Below are positions 1 through 8,311 of a stretch of DNA of 24,667 nucleotides, one piece after another. The stretch covers positions 1 to 24,667 of the forward strand of contig BBVC01000037.1 of the NCBI GenBank assembly GCA_001192655.1. Reading direction: 5' to 3'. Within the stretch, counting starts at the first letter, position 1. Each line of letters opens with the position of its first letter. The notes beneath the pieces were generated by a model that ran no database searches, was not told the origin of the DNA, and saw nothing but the letters and a program-made list of their open reading frames with translations. Source of the DNA: Caedimonas varicaedens (GTDB lineage: Bacteria > Pseudomonadota > Alphaproteobacteria > Caedimonadales > Caedimonadaceae). The position numbers were made by a program, and so were the translations under genes.

Positions 1-1
1 A

Positions 2-475
2 ACCATTTTAAAGGTTTTTAGCTATATTTCTGTAGGGCGCTTGGATGTGAATTCGGAAGGATTGCTTCTTCTGACAAACAGCGGTGATTTGGCTCGTTTT
101 TTAGAGCATCCCAAAACACATATTGCGCGTGCCTATCGGGTTCGAATTTTTGGTAATGTTGAAGAAAGGATGTTGAAGCTTCTCAAGAAAGGGTTAACAA
201 TTGAGGGAATTTCATATGCTTCAATCGATGCAAGTGTCGAACAGAAACAGGGCGCCAATCAATGGCTCATCCTTAAGCTTTATGAAGGAAAAAATCGGGA
301 GATCCGAAGAATTATCCAATATTTTGGTTTATCTCTTAGTCGATTGATCAGAGTAGGCTATGGTCCCTTTAGTCTGGGGTCACTTCCGCCTGAAGGTGTA
401 TGGGAAGTCCCTGCTAAAACTTTATATAACGATCTTTTAACTCTTGGCTATCTTAAGAAAGACGAAAAATTTTAA
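2..475 (+). CDS. rluB: rRNA pseudouridine synthase, RsuA/RluB family (5' end lies outside the window)
   Basis: The frame is open from the window edge (..VGRLDVNSEGLLLLTNSGDL..), so the TTG at 41 is not the real start. It carries the catalytic-Asp motif GRLDxxSEGLLLLTN and the downstream REIRR / RVGYGPF block typical of RluB-type synthases. Confidence 0.8.
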   Translation, partial: TILKVFSYISVGRLDVNSEGLLLLTNSGDLARFLEHPKTHIARAYRVRIFGNVEERMLKLLKKGLTIEGISYASIDASVEQKQGANQWLILKLYEGKNREIRRIIQYFGLSLSRLIRVGYGPFSLGSLPPEGVWEVPAKTLYNDLLTLGYLKKDEKF

Positions 476-493
476 GGATATCAGTATTCTCTC

Positions 494-2209
494 TTAAAGG
501 TTCTGTTGGGTCGCGTAACCTTTTGACGATATTTTAATATAATTCTTGCGAAACATCTCAATAGCTTGTGTTACTTCGTCCTGAGGCGTTCCAACCGCTT
601 GCAATGCTTTGGTTGCTAGTTGCAGACTTGGTTCTAGATACTGCGGCATCACAACATTGACGCCTGCCTGAACTAGTTTATTTTCGAATTCATCATCTTC
701 AAGTCGTACTGAAACCATTAAATCAGTAAACTGTCGTCGTAACATCATAGCTGCACGATAGGCTGATTTCTCATTTTTAAAACAAATGAGAACGGCACGT
801 GCCTTATTGGCGCCAAAAGTACGCATGACTTCTGCCCGTCGGGCGTCACCAAAAAAGATGGGAAAGCCATTTTGCCGCCCTTCAGTTACGGCTTTTAAAT
901 CGTTGTCAATAATCACAAAGGGAACCAATTTTTCTGTTAATAAACGTGCAATAATACCCCCCACCTGACCAAATCCTGCAATAATCACGTGATTGCGAAG
1001 ATCCATAGTTTCCGACAGCGCGTCATTTGTAAATCTCTCTCCTTCTTTTTCCAGAAACTTCTCTTCAATTCGTTTGCCAAAATTGGCCAGAATCGGTGTA
1101 AATGCCATGGAAATAGCCACAAGTGAAAACAATAATTGCCCTAGTTCGGGCGAGATTAGTTTGGCAGCTACAGAAGGGGCAATAATCACAAAAACAAACT
1201 CTCCTCCTCCTGCTAGGATCATAGCAACACGGAATGAGGAAATAGTAGGGATGCGGAAAAGCTTGCACAACCCAAAGATAATGACGATTTTGATGCCCAG
1301 ATAACCTAAAAGAACAAATGTAAGTTGATAAGCGTAAGAGATAATAAGTTTAGGGTCTAGGCTCATTCCCACCGTCATAAAAAACAGGCCGATAAGCAAT
1401 CCGTAAAAAGGCTGAATATCTGCTTCGACCTGATGACGGTATTCGGTTTCAGAAAGCAGAATACCAGCTAAAAAGGCCCCCATTTCCATAGAGAGACCCG
1501 CGGATGCTGTTGCGGCGCTGGTAACAAGAATCACAAGCAACGTGACAGCAACAAAAAGTTGCGGATTATTAATTCGCGCAATGGCGTTAAAAAATGGTCG
1601 CAGGAACAGACGGCCAATTAGAATAATGACAAAAAGAACGATAGCCGCTTTTAAAGTGGATAACCCCAGTGTTTCCAAAGCAGGGGTATGATCATTTTTA
1701 AAAGCAGTGATCAGCATTAAAAGAACAACAACCGCAAGATCCTGAAAAAGGAGGATGGCAAATGAGACGCGGCCAAAACGCATGGCGATCTCACCTCTTT
1801 CGACTAAAAGTTGTATGCCTACAGCTGTAGAGGAAAGTGCCAGAACGCTTCCCACCAGTAGGGCGATATCAAGCGGAAGTTTCAGGTATTGCAAAATAAG
1901 TGTTATGACTACCCCCGTCACAATGACTTGTGCAAGTCCCAGACCGAAGACATATCTTCTTAGAACATGCAATCGTTGCAGGGGCATTTTAAGGCCAATT
2001 GTAAATAATAGGAAAACAACACCCAACTCGCCCAGGATGCGCGTTCCTTCGATGGTCGTGATAAACCCCAGACTTTGTGGGCCAATAAGAAGTCCAGCAA
2101 AAAGATATCCAAGAATTGGGCTGACACGCAGACGATGAAAGAGGAATACAACAGCAACGGCTGTAATTAACAAAATAAGTGCATCATTAAGATATGATGA
2201 ATATTCCAC
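494..2209 (-). CDS. CPA2-family monovalent cation:proton antiporter with C-terminal RCK/TrkA-N domain (KefB/KefC/YbaL-like K+ efflux protein)
   Basis: The 571-aa ORF has about 12 hydrophobic helices in the first ~380 aa. A Rossmann GxGxxG motif (IIAGFGQVGGIIARLL) follows, as in the Kef/YbaL RCK domain. The stop lies 18 bp from the rluB stop (convergent). Confidence 0.85.
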   Translation of the reverse strand: MEYSSYLNDALILLITAVAVVFLFHRLRVSPILGYLFAGLLIGPQSLGFITTIEGTRILGELGVVFLLFTIGLKMPLQRLHVLRRYVFGLGLAQVIVTGVVITLILQYLKLPLDIALLVGSVLALSSTAVGIQLLVERGEIAMRFGRVSFAILLFQDLAVVVLLMLITAFKNDHTPALETLGLSTLKAAIVLFVIILIGRLFLRPFFNAIARINNPQLFVAVTLLVILVTSAATASAGLSMEMGAFLAGILLSETEYRHQVEADIQPFYGLLIGLFFMTVGMSLDPKLIISYAYQLTFVLLGYLGIKIVIIFGLCKLFRIPTISSFRVAMILAGGGEFVFVIIAPSVAAKLISPELGQLLFSLVAISMAFTPILANFGKRIEEKFLEKEGERFTNDALSETMDLRNHVIIAGFGQVGGIIARLLTEKLVPFVIIDNDLKAVTEGRQNGFPIFFGDARRAEVMRTFGANKARAVLICFKNEKSAYRAAMMLRRQFTDLMVSVRLEDDEFENKLVQAGVNVVMPQYLEPSLQLATKALQAVGTPQDEVTQAIEMFRKNYIKISSKGYATQQNL

Positions 2210-2483
2210 TGCCTCTCCCTCTAAGTTACTCTATTTTACTGAATATATGAAAGAGAGCAAGCTTTCCAATAATTTAATTTTTATAATTTTAAGTAGTTTT
2301 TGGATATTTATCATATTATTGTTTTTTTGATGGGATTGATTTTAGGATAAGCCATACTTAAAAGTTCAAAAAATTTGAGCGCACAGAAAAAATTTAAATG
2401 AAAAATAAATTTATAGAACTGATTTATGAAATTCCTTATTTCTAATGTTGTTAGCTAATAAGTTTAATGATCGAATTTTATAA

Positions 2484-2492
2484 TTATTCACA
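2484..2492 (+). promoter_or_regulatory. DnaA-box-like 9-mer TTATTCACA (fits TTATNCACA)
   Basis: Read directly from the sequence, inside the 660-bp AT-rich spacer. Confidence 0.35.
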
Positions 2493-2664
2493 CCCATTAT
2501 TTTAACAAAAAAAGAAATAGAAAAATCAATAGATTTTTTTCAAAACAAGTATTTAGTCATGCGGGAGAATCGCTTATTTGTTGGGTTTGTATCAGATGCT
2601 TATTTTTTAAACAGTCCATCTGGATGCGCGTATTTCTATAGATATTGACCTGTTAAAGTTAATA

Positions 2665-2685
2665 TTTTCCACAAAGTTATCCACA
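2665..2685 (+). promoter_or_regulatory. Tandem DnaA boxes: TTTTCCACA (2665-2673, 1 mismatch), then aag, then TTATCCACA (2677-2685, perfect consensus)
   Basis: Read directly from the sequence. The two boxes have the same orientation, are 3 bp apart and lie ~185 bp upstream of the ferredoxin start. Confidence 0.45.
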
Positions 2686-2741
2686 GTTATTGAGGATAGT
2701 AATTTTTTCATATAATCTGGGACGATAAGTTTTTGGAAATC

Positions 2742-2759
2742 AAGAAAAATAAGAAAAAT
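2742..2759. repeat. Tandem 9-mer AAGAAAAAT x2 in AT-rich spacer
   Basis: Exact direct duplication seen in the sequence. Its function is unknown. Confidence 0.5.
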
Positions 2760-2868
2760 ATAAGATTTCTTCTTACAAAAAATTGAGTCAATATTGGTTG
2801 AGATAACCTGACGTGCAAAATAAAAAGGTCTTTAGTTTATATAAAACATACAAAGGAAATAAAAAACT

Positions 2869-3180
2869 GTGGCCCCATCCTACGATTTTCATATTTTCAT
2901 TTGTCAAAACCAGCGTGATGAAAGTCATCCGCTGGGATGTTGTCTCTCAAAAGGCTCTGACAAGCTTTTAGATTACATGAAAACACGTGTAAAAGAGCTG
3001 GGAATTAAAAACATTCGCATTAATAAGTCAGGATGTTTGGATCAATGTAAAAAGGGTCCTGCATTGGTTATCTATCCGGAAGGAATCTGGTACAGCCCCC
3101 AGTCTGTTGAGGATATAGAAGAAATCATTCAATCTCATCTGCTGAAAAGAAAACCCATTGAACATCTTTTTATAAATTAA
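2869..3180 (+). CDS. Thioredoxin-like [2Fe-2S] ferredoxin family protein
   Basis: The 103-aa ORF has a GTG start preceded by AAGGAA. The Cys spacing is C-x11-CC-x30-C-x3-C (FICQN..GCCLSKG..SGCLDQC), typical of thioredoxin-like 2Fe-2S ferredoxins. Confidence 0.75.
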   Translation: MAPSYDFHIFICQNQRDESHPLGCCLSKGSDKLLDYMKTRVKELGIKNIRINKSGCLDQCKKGPALVIYPEGIWYSPQSVEDIEEIIQSHLLKRKPIEHLFIN

Positions 3181-3271
3181 ATTTCTTTCCTGCTTTGTCT
3201 TTTTTGTCCTCTTGTAAATACTTTTTTATTGGGGTAGGAATGAAATGATTTTAGCATAGGTATTATAGATT

Positions 3272-4039
3272 ATGAATCCCATCATCATCATCCCTGCCCG
3301 GATGGCCTCTACAAGACTTCCTGGAAAACCTTTGGCTAACCTGGCAGGGAAACCCATGATTGTGCGGGTGTTAGAGCGTGGTCTTGAAGCAGATGTTGGT
3401 CCTGTTATTGTCGCTTGTGATGATCTGCGTGTAGCAGAAGTTGTGCGTGACGCTGGGGGAAAAGTATGTATGACTGATTCTCAGTTGCCCTCGGGATCCG
3501 ATCGGGTTTATGCAGCGTTGTCTTCGGTTGACCCTGAAGAACGTTACAATATTGTGATTAATCTGCAAGGCGATTCTCCTACAACAGAATCTGCTCTTAT
3601 TCGTGCTTCTCTAAAAGGTCTGAAAGAAACAGATTTCGATATTTCTACAATTGCCATAAAGAAAGAGAATCTGGAAGAAATCCATAATCCCAATATTTGC
3701 AAAATTGCCCTTGTAGGATCAGAAAATGAAACTGTGCGACGAGCTCTTTATTTTAGTCGTTCTGTTATTCCAGCAGGTGGAAACGTCTTTTATTACCATA
3801 TAGGACTTTATGCCTATCGTCGGTTTGCATTGAAAAAATTTGTCGAAAATCCCCCTTCCGGACTTGAAATTGTAGAGCGGCTTGAGCAATTGCGCGCATT
3901 GGAAATAGGTCTGAGTATTGGTGTTACTCTTGTAAATTCAGTCCCGCAAGAAGTTAATACGCCGGAAGATCTGCGAGTTGTCGGTGCTTACTTTGAATCT
4001 CACAGTGATGTACGGCAGAAAACATTCAGCGCACTTTAA
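3272..4039 (+). CDS. kdsB: 3-deoxy-manno-octulosonate cytidylyltransferase (CMP-Kdo synthetase)
   Basis: N-terminal IIIPARMASTRLPGKPLANLAGKPMI motif, the NLQGDSP block and a length of 255 aa. Confidence 0.92.
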   Translation: MNPIIIIPARMASTRLPGKPLANLAGKPMIVRVLERGLEADVGPVIVACDDLRVAEVVRDAGGKVCMTDSQLPSGSDRVYAALSSVDPEERYNIVINLQGDSPTTESALIRASLKGLKETDFDISTIAIKKENLEEIHNPNICKIALVGSENETVRRALYFSRSVIPAGGNVFYYHIGLYAYRRFALKKFVENPPSGLEIVERLEQLRALEIGLSIGVTLVNSVPQEVNTPEDLRVVGAYFESHSDVRQKTFSAL

Positions 4040-4062
4040 AGAGTAATTTCATTTTTGACTTC

Positions 4063-4085
4063 AAAATAGTATGGCATACTATTTT
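4063..4085 (+). terminator. Perfect 11-bp-arm palindrome AAAATAGTATG-G-CATACTATTTT, possible weak kdsB terminator or operator
   Basis: Seen directly, 24 nt after the kdsB stop, with a trailing T-run. The stem is AT-rich and the loop minimal, so terminator function is uncertain. Confidence 0.35.
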
Positions 4086-4207
4086 AAACTATTGGGGTCA
4101 TCATAAGATCGAAGAAGCTATGAGGTAGAAAGAGAACAAACCATAGAGTACATGTCCACCAGCTTTGCTAAATACCATAATTAATGCTTCTGCGAAGTTA
4201 TAAAACA

Positions 4208-4283
<76 letters not shown>

Positions 4284-4476
4284 TATTTGATTGACCTCAA
4301 CCTACAAATCTTTTTCTTTTTTAGCAAGCTAAAAAGTCAAAGATATGTTGAAAATAAGGGTTCTTCCAGGTTTCCACTACTCCTTTAAAGAGACTCTTCA
4401 ATGACAAGATATAATACTAGACCACCAACCTGAGGAGGATTTAGGTCATAAATGATGATCAAAAAGGAGCATTATT

Positions 4477-4617
4477 ATGACACAATCCATTAAGAAGCCT
4501 CCCGCCACAAGCGCCTACAAATTTCGTGTGGCGATAGCAGCTTGGAAAGGGGATAAAACAGTTTCTTCCTTCTTATCTTTTCTACATTTTGTCTCTGCAT
4601 TCATAGGGTTGAGATAA
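4477..4617 (+). pseudogene. Remnant of an IS3-family transposase OrfA (HTH_Tnp_1-like N-terminus only, 46 codons)
   Basis: An AAGGAG SD lies 7 nt upstream of the ATG. The translation MTQSIKKPPATSAYKFRVAIAAWKGDKTVSS.. resembles the ..YSxEFKxxVxLEALKGEKTxxE.. N-terminus of IS3-group OrfA proteins. It then degenerates and stops. No OrfB and no inverted repeats are visible. Confidence 0.35.
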
Positions 4618-4682
4618 TTTCATTTCATCCTTATCAAACAAGACCATCAGCAAGAAGATCAAACTCTCTTTGAAAGCTTGCG

Positions 4683-5669
4683 TTAAAAACGGTTTGTTTT
4701 ATTAACCTCTATAAAAACATCAAATTGCTGACCAATATAAATATTCTTGGAGTTTCCCTCAATTTTATAGATAATTTCAAGGACACGCGTATCAACGCGT
4801 TCTGCACTATCACCGCTAAGCTGTTGCTTGGGCTGAGCGTAGGGATCAAGCCGAACAAACGACAGGGGAAAATGAATTTCCTTATTGCTTTTCAAGTAGG
4901 CATAAGCCTTTGTATCAGAGTCAAATCGCCACGCATCATTTTCATCTACCTGTACACGCAGATGCAAAGGATGAATATTTCCCATCAAAATAAGGGCTTG
5001 AGAAGAAGACGAAAGATCGCTGATAAATTCTCCTGAATGGATTCTTACCTTCAAAATGGTACCTGTAATAGGCGCTCGAACAGTTAACTTTTCAAAATCA
5101 ATTTTAGTTAAAGAAAGTTTAGCTTTCGCCTGTTCACACTTTTTTATTCGATGTTCAAGCTGGGCTTGGGCGCGCGCAACGGCAAATTGTCTTTTTTTAA
5201 GTTCACTTTGACTAATTTCTCGTCCTACCTGTAATGCTTCTCCGCGACGCAAGTCTTCTTTTTTTTCCGCTAAATCCACAGTCGTTTCCAAAATTTCTGT
5301 TTGGGCTACATCAATTTCTCTTTCCTGAAGAGATATTTCTGCTTGAGTGCTTCTTTGATCAAGCGTAAAAAGAGGGTCTCCTTTTTGAACACGATCTCCT
5401 GCTTTGACAAAAACCTGAGAAACAATCCCTGATGTAAAAGAGCCTATGCTGATATTTTCAGTATTCGCCTCAACCAGCCCCAGCCCAGAGATATTTTGAT
5501 CGAAAGGGGCTGAAGGCGGGAGCGAAAGATGGTTCGGCGGATTTGCGGGTGGATTCCCAAAGGTGAAACTGAAAACAATCCCTGCGACTAACCCTACAAC
5601 TCCCAAACTGGCTAAAAAGTTTCTTCTTGCCAAAAATAAAACATAGCGTAGTGATTCTCTAATCTTCAT
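4683..5669 (-). CDS. HlyD-family membrane fusion (periplasmic adaptor) protein of an ABC exporter (DevB/MacA-like)
   Basis: The 328-aa ORF has an N-terminal TM anchor, a lipoyl-like motif (VKAGDRVQKGDPLFTLD), a central coiled-coil and a beta-barrel C-terminal part. Its start overlaps the upstream ATPase stop by 11 nt. Confidence 0.85.
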   Translation of the reverse strand: MKIRESLRYVLFLARRNFLASLGVVGLVAGIVFSFTFGNPPANPPNHLSLPPSAPFDQNISGLGLVEANTENISIGSFTSGIVSQVFVKAGDRVQKGDPLFTLDQRSTQAEISLQEREIDVAQTEILETTVDLAEKKEDLRRGEALQVGREISQSELKKRQFAVARAQAQLEHRIKKCEQAKAKLSLTKIDFEKLTVRAPITGTILKVRIHSGEFISDLSSSSQALILMGNIHPLHLRVQVDENDAWRFDSDTKAYAYLKSNKEIHFPLSFVRLDPYAQPKQQLSGDSAERVDTRVLEIIYKIEGNSKNIYIGQQFDVFIEVNKTNRF

Positions 5670-6369
5670 GATTTCGCGAAACCCTTTCTATATGACCGTC
5701 ATTCATATAAGCAATCCGATCTGCATAGTCAAAAATTCGATTATCGTGCGTCACAATAATAAAGGTTGATTTGAATTTTTTATTTATACGCTTCATGATG
5801 TCAAGAATCTTCGCTCCTGTCATATGATCAAGCGCACTTGTGGGTTCATCACATACCAAAAGGGAAGGGTTGTGAATAAGCGCTCTTGCTATAGCAACGC
5901 GCTGTTGCTGCCCTCCCGACAATCGATTAGGCGGACTTGTGAATTTTTCACTTAACTCGACTTCTTCAAGAATTTCTTTTGCTTTTTCTAAAGCCTGACC
6001 TTGTTTCATACCATTAAGGATGAGAGGAATGGCCACATTTTGTCCTACAGTTAAAGAGTCAATGAGATTAAATGACTGAAAAATAAAGCCTATGTTTTTT
6101 GCACGAAATTTTAAAATTTCGTGAGCAGATTTTTTTTGATACTCAAAATCATTCACAATACAGCGACCATTATCTGGTTGAAGAACACCCGCAATAATGG
6201 AAATGAGTGTTGTTTTGCCACATCCAGAAGGCCCCACAAGCATAAAGAATTCACCCTTGTAAACCTCAAGGTCCACACCCCGAAGAGCAATAGTTTCAAC
6301 ATTTTTAGCTATGGTGAAAGATTTATTTATATTTTTGCATTGAACGGCGATTTTATCTGACATCACCAT
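5659..6369 (-). CDS. ABC transporter ATP-binding protein (MacB/LolD/DevA-type)
   Basis: It carries Walker A GPSGCGKTT, the signature LSGGQQQRVAIARAL, Walker B LLVCDEPTSALD and the H-loop VTHD. The ATG at 6369 shares one base with the permease TGA (TGATG). An alternative ATG lies at 6363. Confidence 0.9.
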   Translation of the reverse strand: MVMSDKIAVQCKNINKSFTIAKNVETIALRGVDLEVYKGEFFMLVGPSGCGKTTLISIIAGVLQPDNGRCIVNDFEYQKKSAHEILKFRAKNIGFIFQSFNLIDSLTVGQNVAIPLILNGMKQGQALEKAKEILEEVELSEKFTSPPNRLSGGQQQRVAIARALIHNPSLLVCDEPTSALDHMTGAKILDIMKRINKKFKSTFIIVTHDNRIFDYADRIAYMNDGHIERVSRNHED

Positions 6370-7523
6370 CAACCTCGGAATACTGTTGCCGGATCAACTC
6401 TCACAACGCGCCAAATTCCCAAAAATGCTGATAATAAAACAATAACACCCACCCCTATTGCTGAAAAAAGAAGAATAAAAGGCGTCATCTTGAAAGCAAG
6501 AACTGAATCATGGACGTTGAGGCCAAAGAGAGCTGTGAGCCCAATACCGATTCCATAACCGATTAAACCAACAACTATAGCCTGTAACATAACCATTCGA
6601 ATAAGAATTCCATTTTCAAGTCCCATGGATTTAAGAACGGCATAATGTTTCAGGTTTTCCTGAACAAAATTAAAGAAAGTCTGACCCGCTACAGCAGCGC
6701 CAACGATAAACCCCAAAAGTACAGAAATGCCAAAATTTATGGGAATTCCTGTATTCTTCATCCAATACTCCAGATTAACGTTGCGAAATTCTTCCGCCGT
6801 ATAGGCTGAAAGTCCTGTAGAATCAGCTATTCTCTCACAAATATTCTGAAGATTTTTCCCGGTTTTGGCTTTGACAAGCACATAAGTCAAGTAGTTTCGA
6901 TTGGGAGATGCGTAGTGAAGAGCTCGAGAATAAGTTGTATAGACCTGAGGTTGCAAAACAAAATTGCGCGTTGACTTGATATATCCTGCAACGATTGCCC
7001 TATGGTCATTGATTTCCAGGATATCTCCTATTCTTAGCGCCCTTGTGGTTTTATCGTCATTCTTCACCCGCAAACGAGTCCGTGCAGCTTCATAATCAAC
7101 AAAAATAGCATCTGAACCCCTGAGATCCAAAAGATGTCCTTCGATAATTTGATGGGGAGCGCCGATCAGAGTAGCATCATCCAGTCCCGTAAGATCAATG
7201 GTTTTTGTTCTGCCGTCAGGAAGTTTTGCGCGTATAAGGTTTTTGTACATAGGCACGGCCCACTCAACGCCCTGAATACCTCTAATGCGTCCTAGCTCTG
7301 TGTCTCTTATGGGTTTATGCTCTTCAACAAACTGAACCCCAGGATCCATAACCCAGATATCAGGAAGAGATACATCATTAACAAAACTGTAAGTTCGGCT
7401 TAATAGACCTATAAAAATAGAAGGCTGCTGGGTCATAATCAAGGCAGAAAAAGTAATGCCAATGACGATTGCTACATATTTTCTGCGATCTCCGAATAAC
7501 ATCTGTAGTGCTATAAAATACAT
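6369..7523 (-). CDS. ABC exporter permease, FtsX/DevC-type (4 TM helices plus a large periplasmic loop)
   Basis: It has a C-terminal FtsX-like 3-helix bundle and a DevC-like N-terminus, MYFIALQMLFGDRRKYVAIVIGITF. I place the start at ATG 7523, which has a GGAG 7 nt upstream. The TTG at 7658 in the ORF track would overlap sodB. Confidence 0.85.
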   Translation of the reverse strand: MYFIALQMLFGDRRKYVAIVIGITFSALIMTQQPSIFIGLLSRTYSFVNDVSLPDIWVMDPGVQFVEEHKPIRDTELGRIRGIQGVEWAVPMYKNLIRAKLPDGRTKTIDLTGLDDATLIGAPHQIIEGHLLDLRGSDAIFVDYEAARTRLRVKNDDKTTRALRIGDILEINDHRAIVAGYIKSTRNFVLQPQVYTTYSRALHYASPNRNYLTYVLVKAKTGKNLQNICERIADSTGLSAYTAEEFRNVNLEYWMKNTGIPINFGISVLLGFIVGAAVAGQTFFNFVQENLKHYAVLKSMGLENGILIRMVMLQAIVVGLIGYGIGIGLTALFGLNVHDSVLAFKMTPFILLFSAIGVGVIVLLSAFLGIWRVVRVDPATVFRG

Positions 7524-7621
7524 ATGAGCTCCAAATTTATGGGATGAACTCTCGTACAGCTTACACAGGGCACGTTTTGTTGTTTCCAGACAATCACAGT
7601 TTGAAGGACGTAGAGTAAACG

Positions 7622-8221
7622 TCAAGTGGTTCCAAGATTTTTTGCAGCGAAATCCCAATTAACAAGATGGTTCAAAAAAACCTCGAGATAATCAGGTCGA
7701 CGATTCTGATAATCAAGATAGTACGCATGTTCCCATACATCACATGTCAGAAGGGCCTTTTGTCCATGAATCATTGGCAAATCAGCATTGCCCGTCTTGA
7801 CAATTTTTAATGTGCCTTTCTCTTCTACAAGCCAGGCCCACCCACTGCCAAATTGAGTCGCGCCTGCCTGTTTAAAGGCTTCCTTAAACTTGTCATAATC
7901 ACCAAAATCCTGAGCAATGCGTTTTAAAAGTACACCTTGGGGAAGTCCACCACCCGCTTTTTTCAGGGAATGCCAATAAAAAGTGTGGTTCCATACCTGG
8001 GCGGCATTGTTGAAAATACCTGCTTTAGCTGTATCTTGGGCACTCAAGCGAATGATTTCTTCCAAAGGTTTATTTTCTAATTCTGTATTTGCAATGAGTT
8101 TATTTAAATTATCAACATACGCTTGATGATGTTTCCCATGATGGAAATCAAGTGTACGAGACGAAATATGAGGTTCCAGCGCGTTTTTCTCATAAGGCAA
8201 GGGGGGCAAAGTGAAAGTCAT
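7622..8221 (-). CDS. sodB: Iron superoxide dismutase
   Basis: It carries LPYxxxALEPHIS, HHxKHH, the Fe-type AAQVWNHTFYW motif and DVWEHAYYLDYQNRRPDY. The start is set at ATG 8221 (MTFTLPPLPY), preceded by AGGAGA, giving 199 aa. Confidence 0.93.
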   Translation of the reverse strand: MTFTLPPLPYEKNALEPHISSRTLDFHHGKHHQAYVDNLNKLIANTELENKPLEEIIRLSAQDTAKAGIFNNAAQVWNHTFYWHSLKKAGGGLPQGVLLKRIAQDFGDYDKFKEAFKQAGATQFGSGWAWLVEEKGTLKIVKTGNADLPMIHGQKALLTCDVWEHAYYLDYQNRRPDYLEVFLNHLVNWDFAAKNLGTT

Positions 8222-8311
8222 TCTTTTCTCCTGAGTAGGATTTATCAACATAGAATACTAGACTAACTCTTCATTCAATCCAAGCCCTAACTATTGTTTA
8301 AAGGCGTTATT

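Noticed and set aside
786-2157. ORF-track entries 786..968, 993..1304, 1755..2138 (+) and 1065..1268, 1960..2157 (-) inside the kef-like gene
   Set aside because: They are antisense or out of frame with a well-supported 571-aa transporter gene. Their Arg/Ser/Pro-rich, low-complexity translations are typical of shadow ORFs, and they lack SD sequences and family motifs.
2210-2868. CtrA-binding sites (TTAA-N7-TTAA) and small ORFs (e.g. 2559..2648, 29 aa) in the long AT-rich spacer
   Set aside because: I checked every TTAA by eye and none has a TTAA partner at N7 spacing. The short ORFs lack SDs and have AT-driven, low-complexity translations.
4069-4077. Shared 9-mer GTATGGCAT in the kdsB-downstream palindrome and in the lptF/surA spacer (12827-12835), considered as a common operator motif
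   Set aside because: Roughly one chance recurrence of an 8-9-mer is expected in ~25 kb on two strands. Two copies are not enough to argue for a regulon.
4094-4101. GGGGTCAT on the + strand, identical to the first 8 nt of the nearby tRNA-Ala (minus strand), considered as a tRNA fragment or att-site duplicate
   Set aside because: Only 8-9 nt match, it is the 5' end rather than the 3' end of the tRNA, and it is in the opposite orientation. I found no duplicate of the tRNA 3' end anywhere, so this is compatible with chance.
7524-7658. A Cys-rich 45-codon in-frame N-terminal extension of the ABC permease (MGFRCKKSWNHLTFTLRPSNCDCLETTKRALCK..), considered as a possible fused or leader peptide substrate
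   Set aside because: It would start at a TTG with no SD and overlap the 3' end of sodB by 37 nt. The internal ATG at 7523 has a GGAG SD and yields a canonical DevC-type N-terminus. The stretch is most simply open reading frame by chance.
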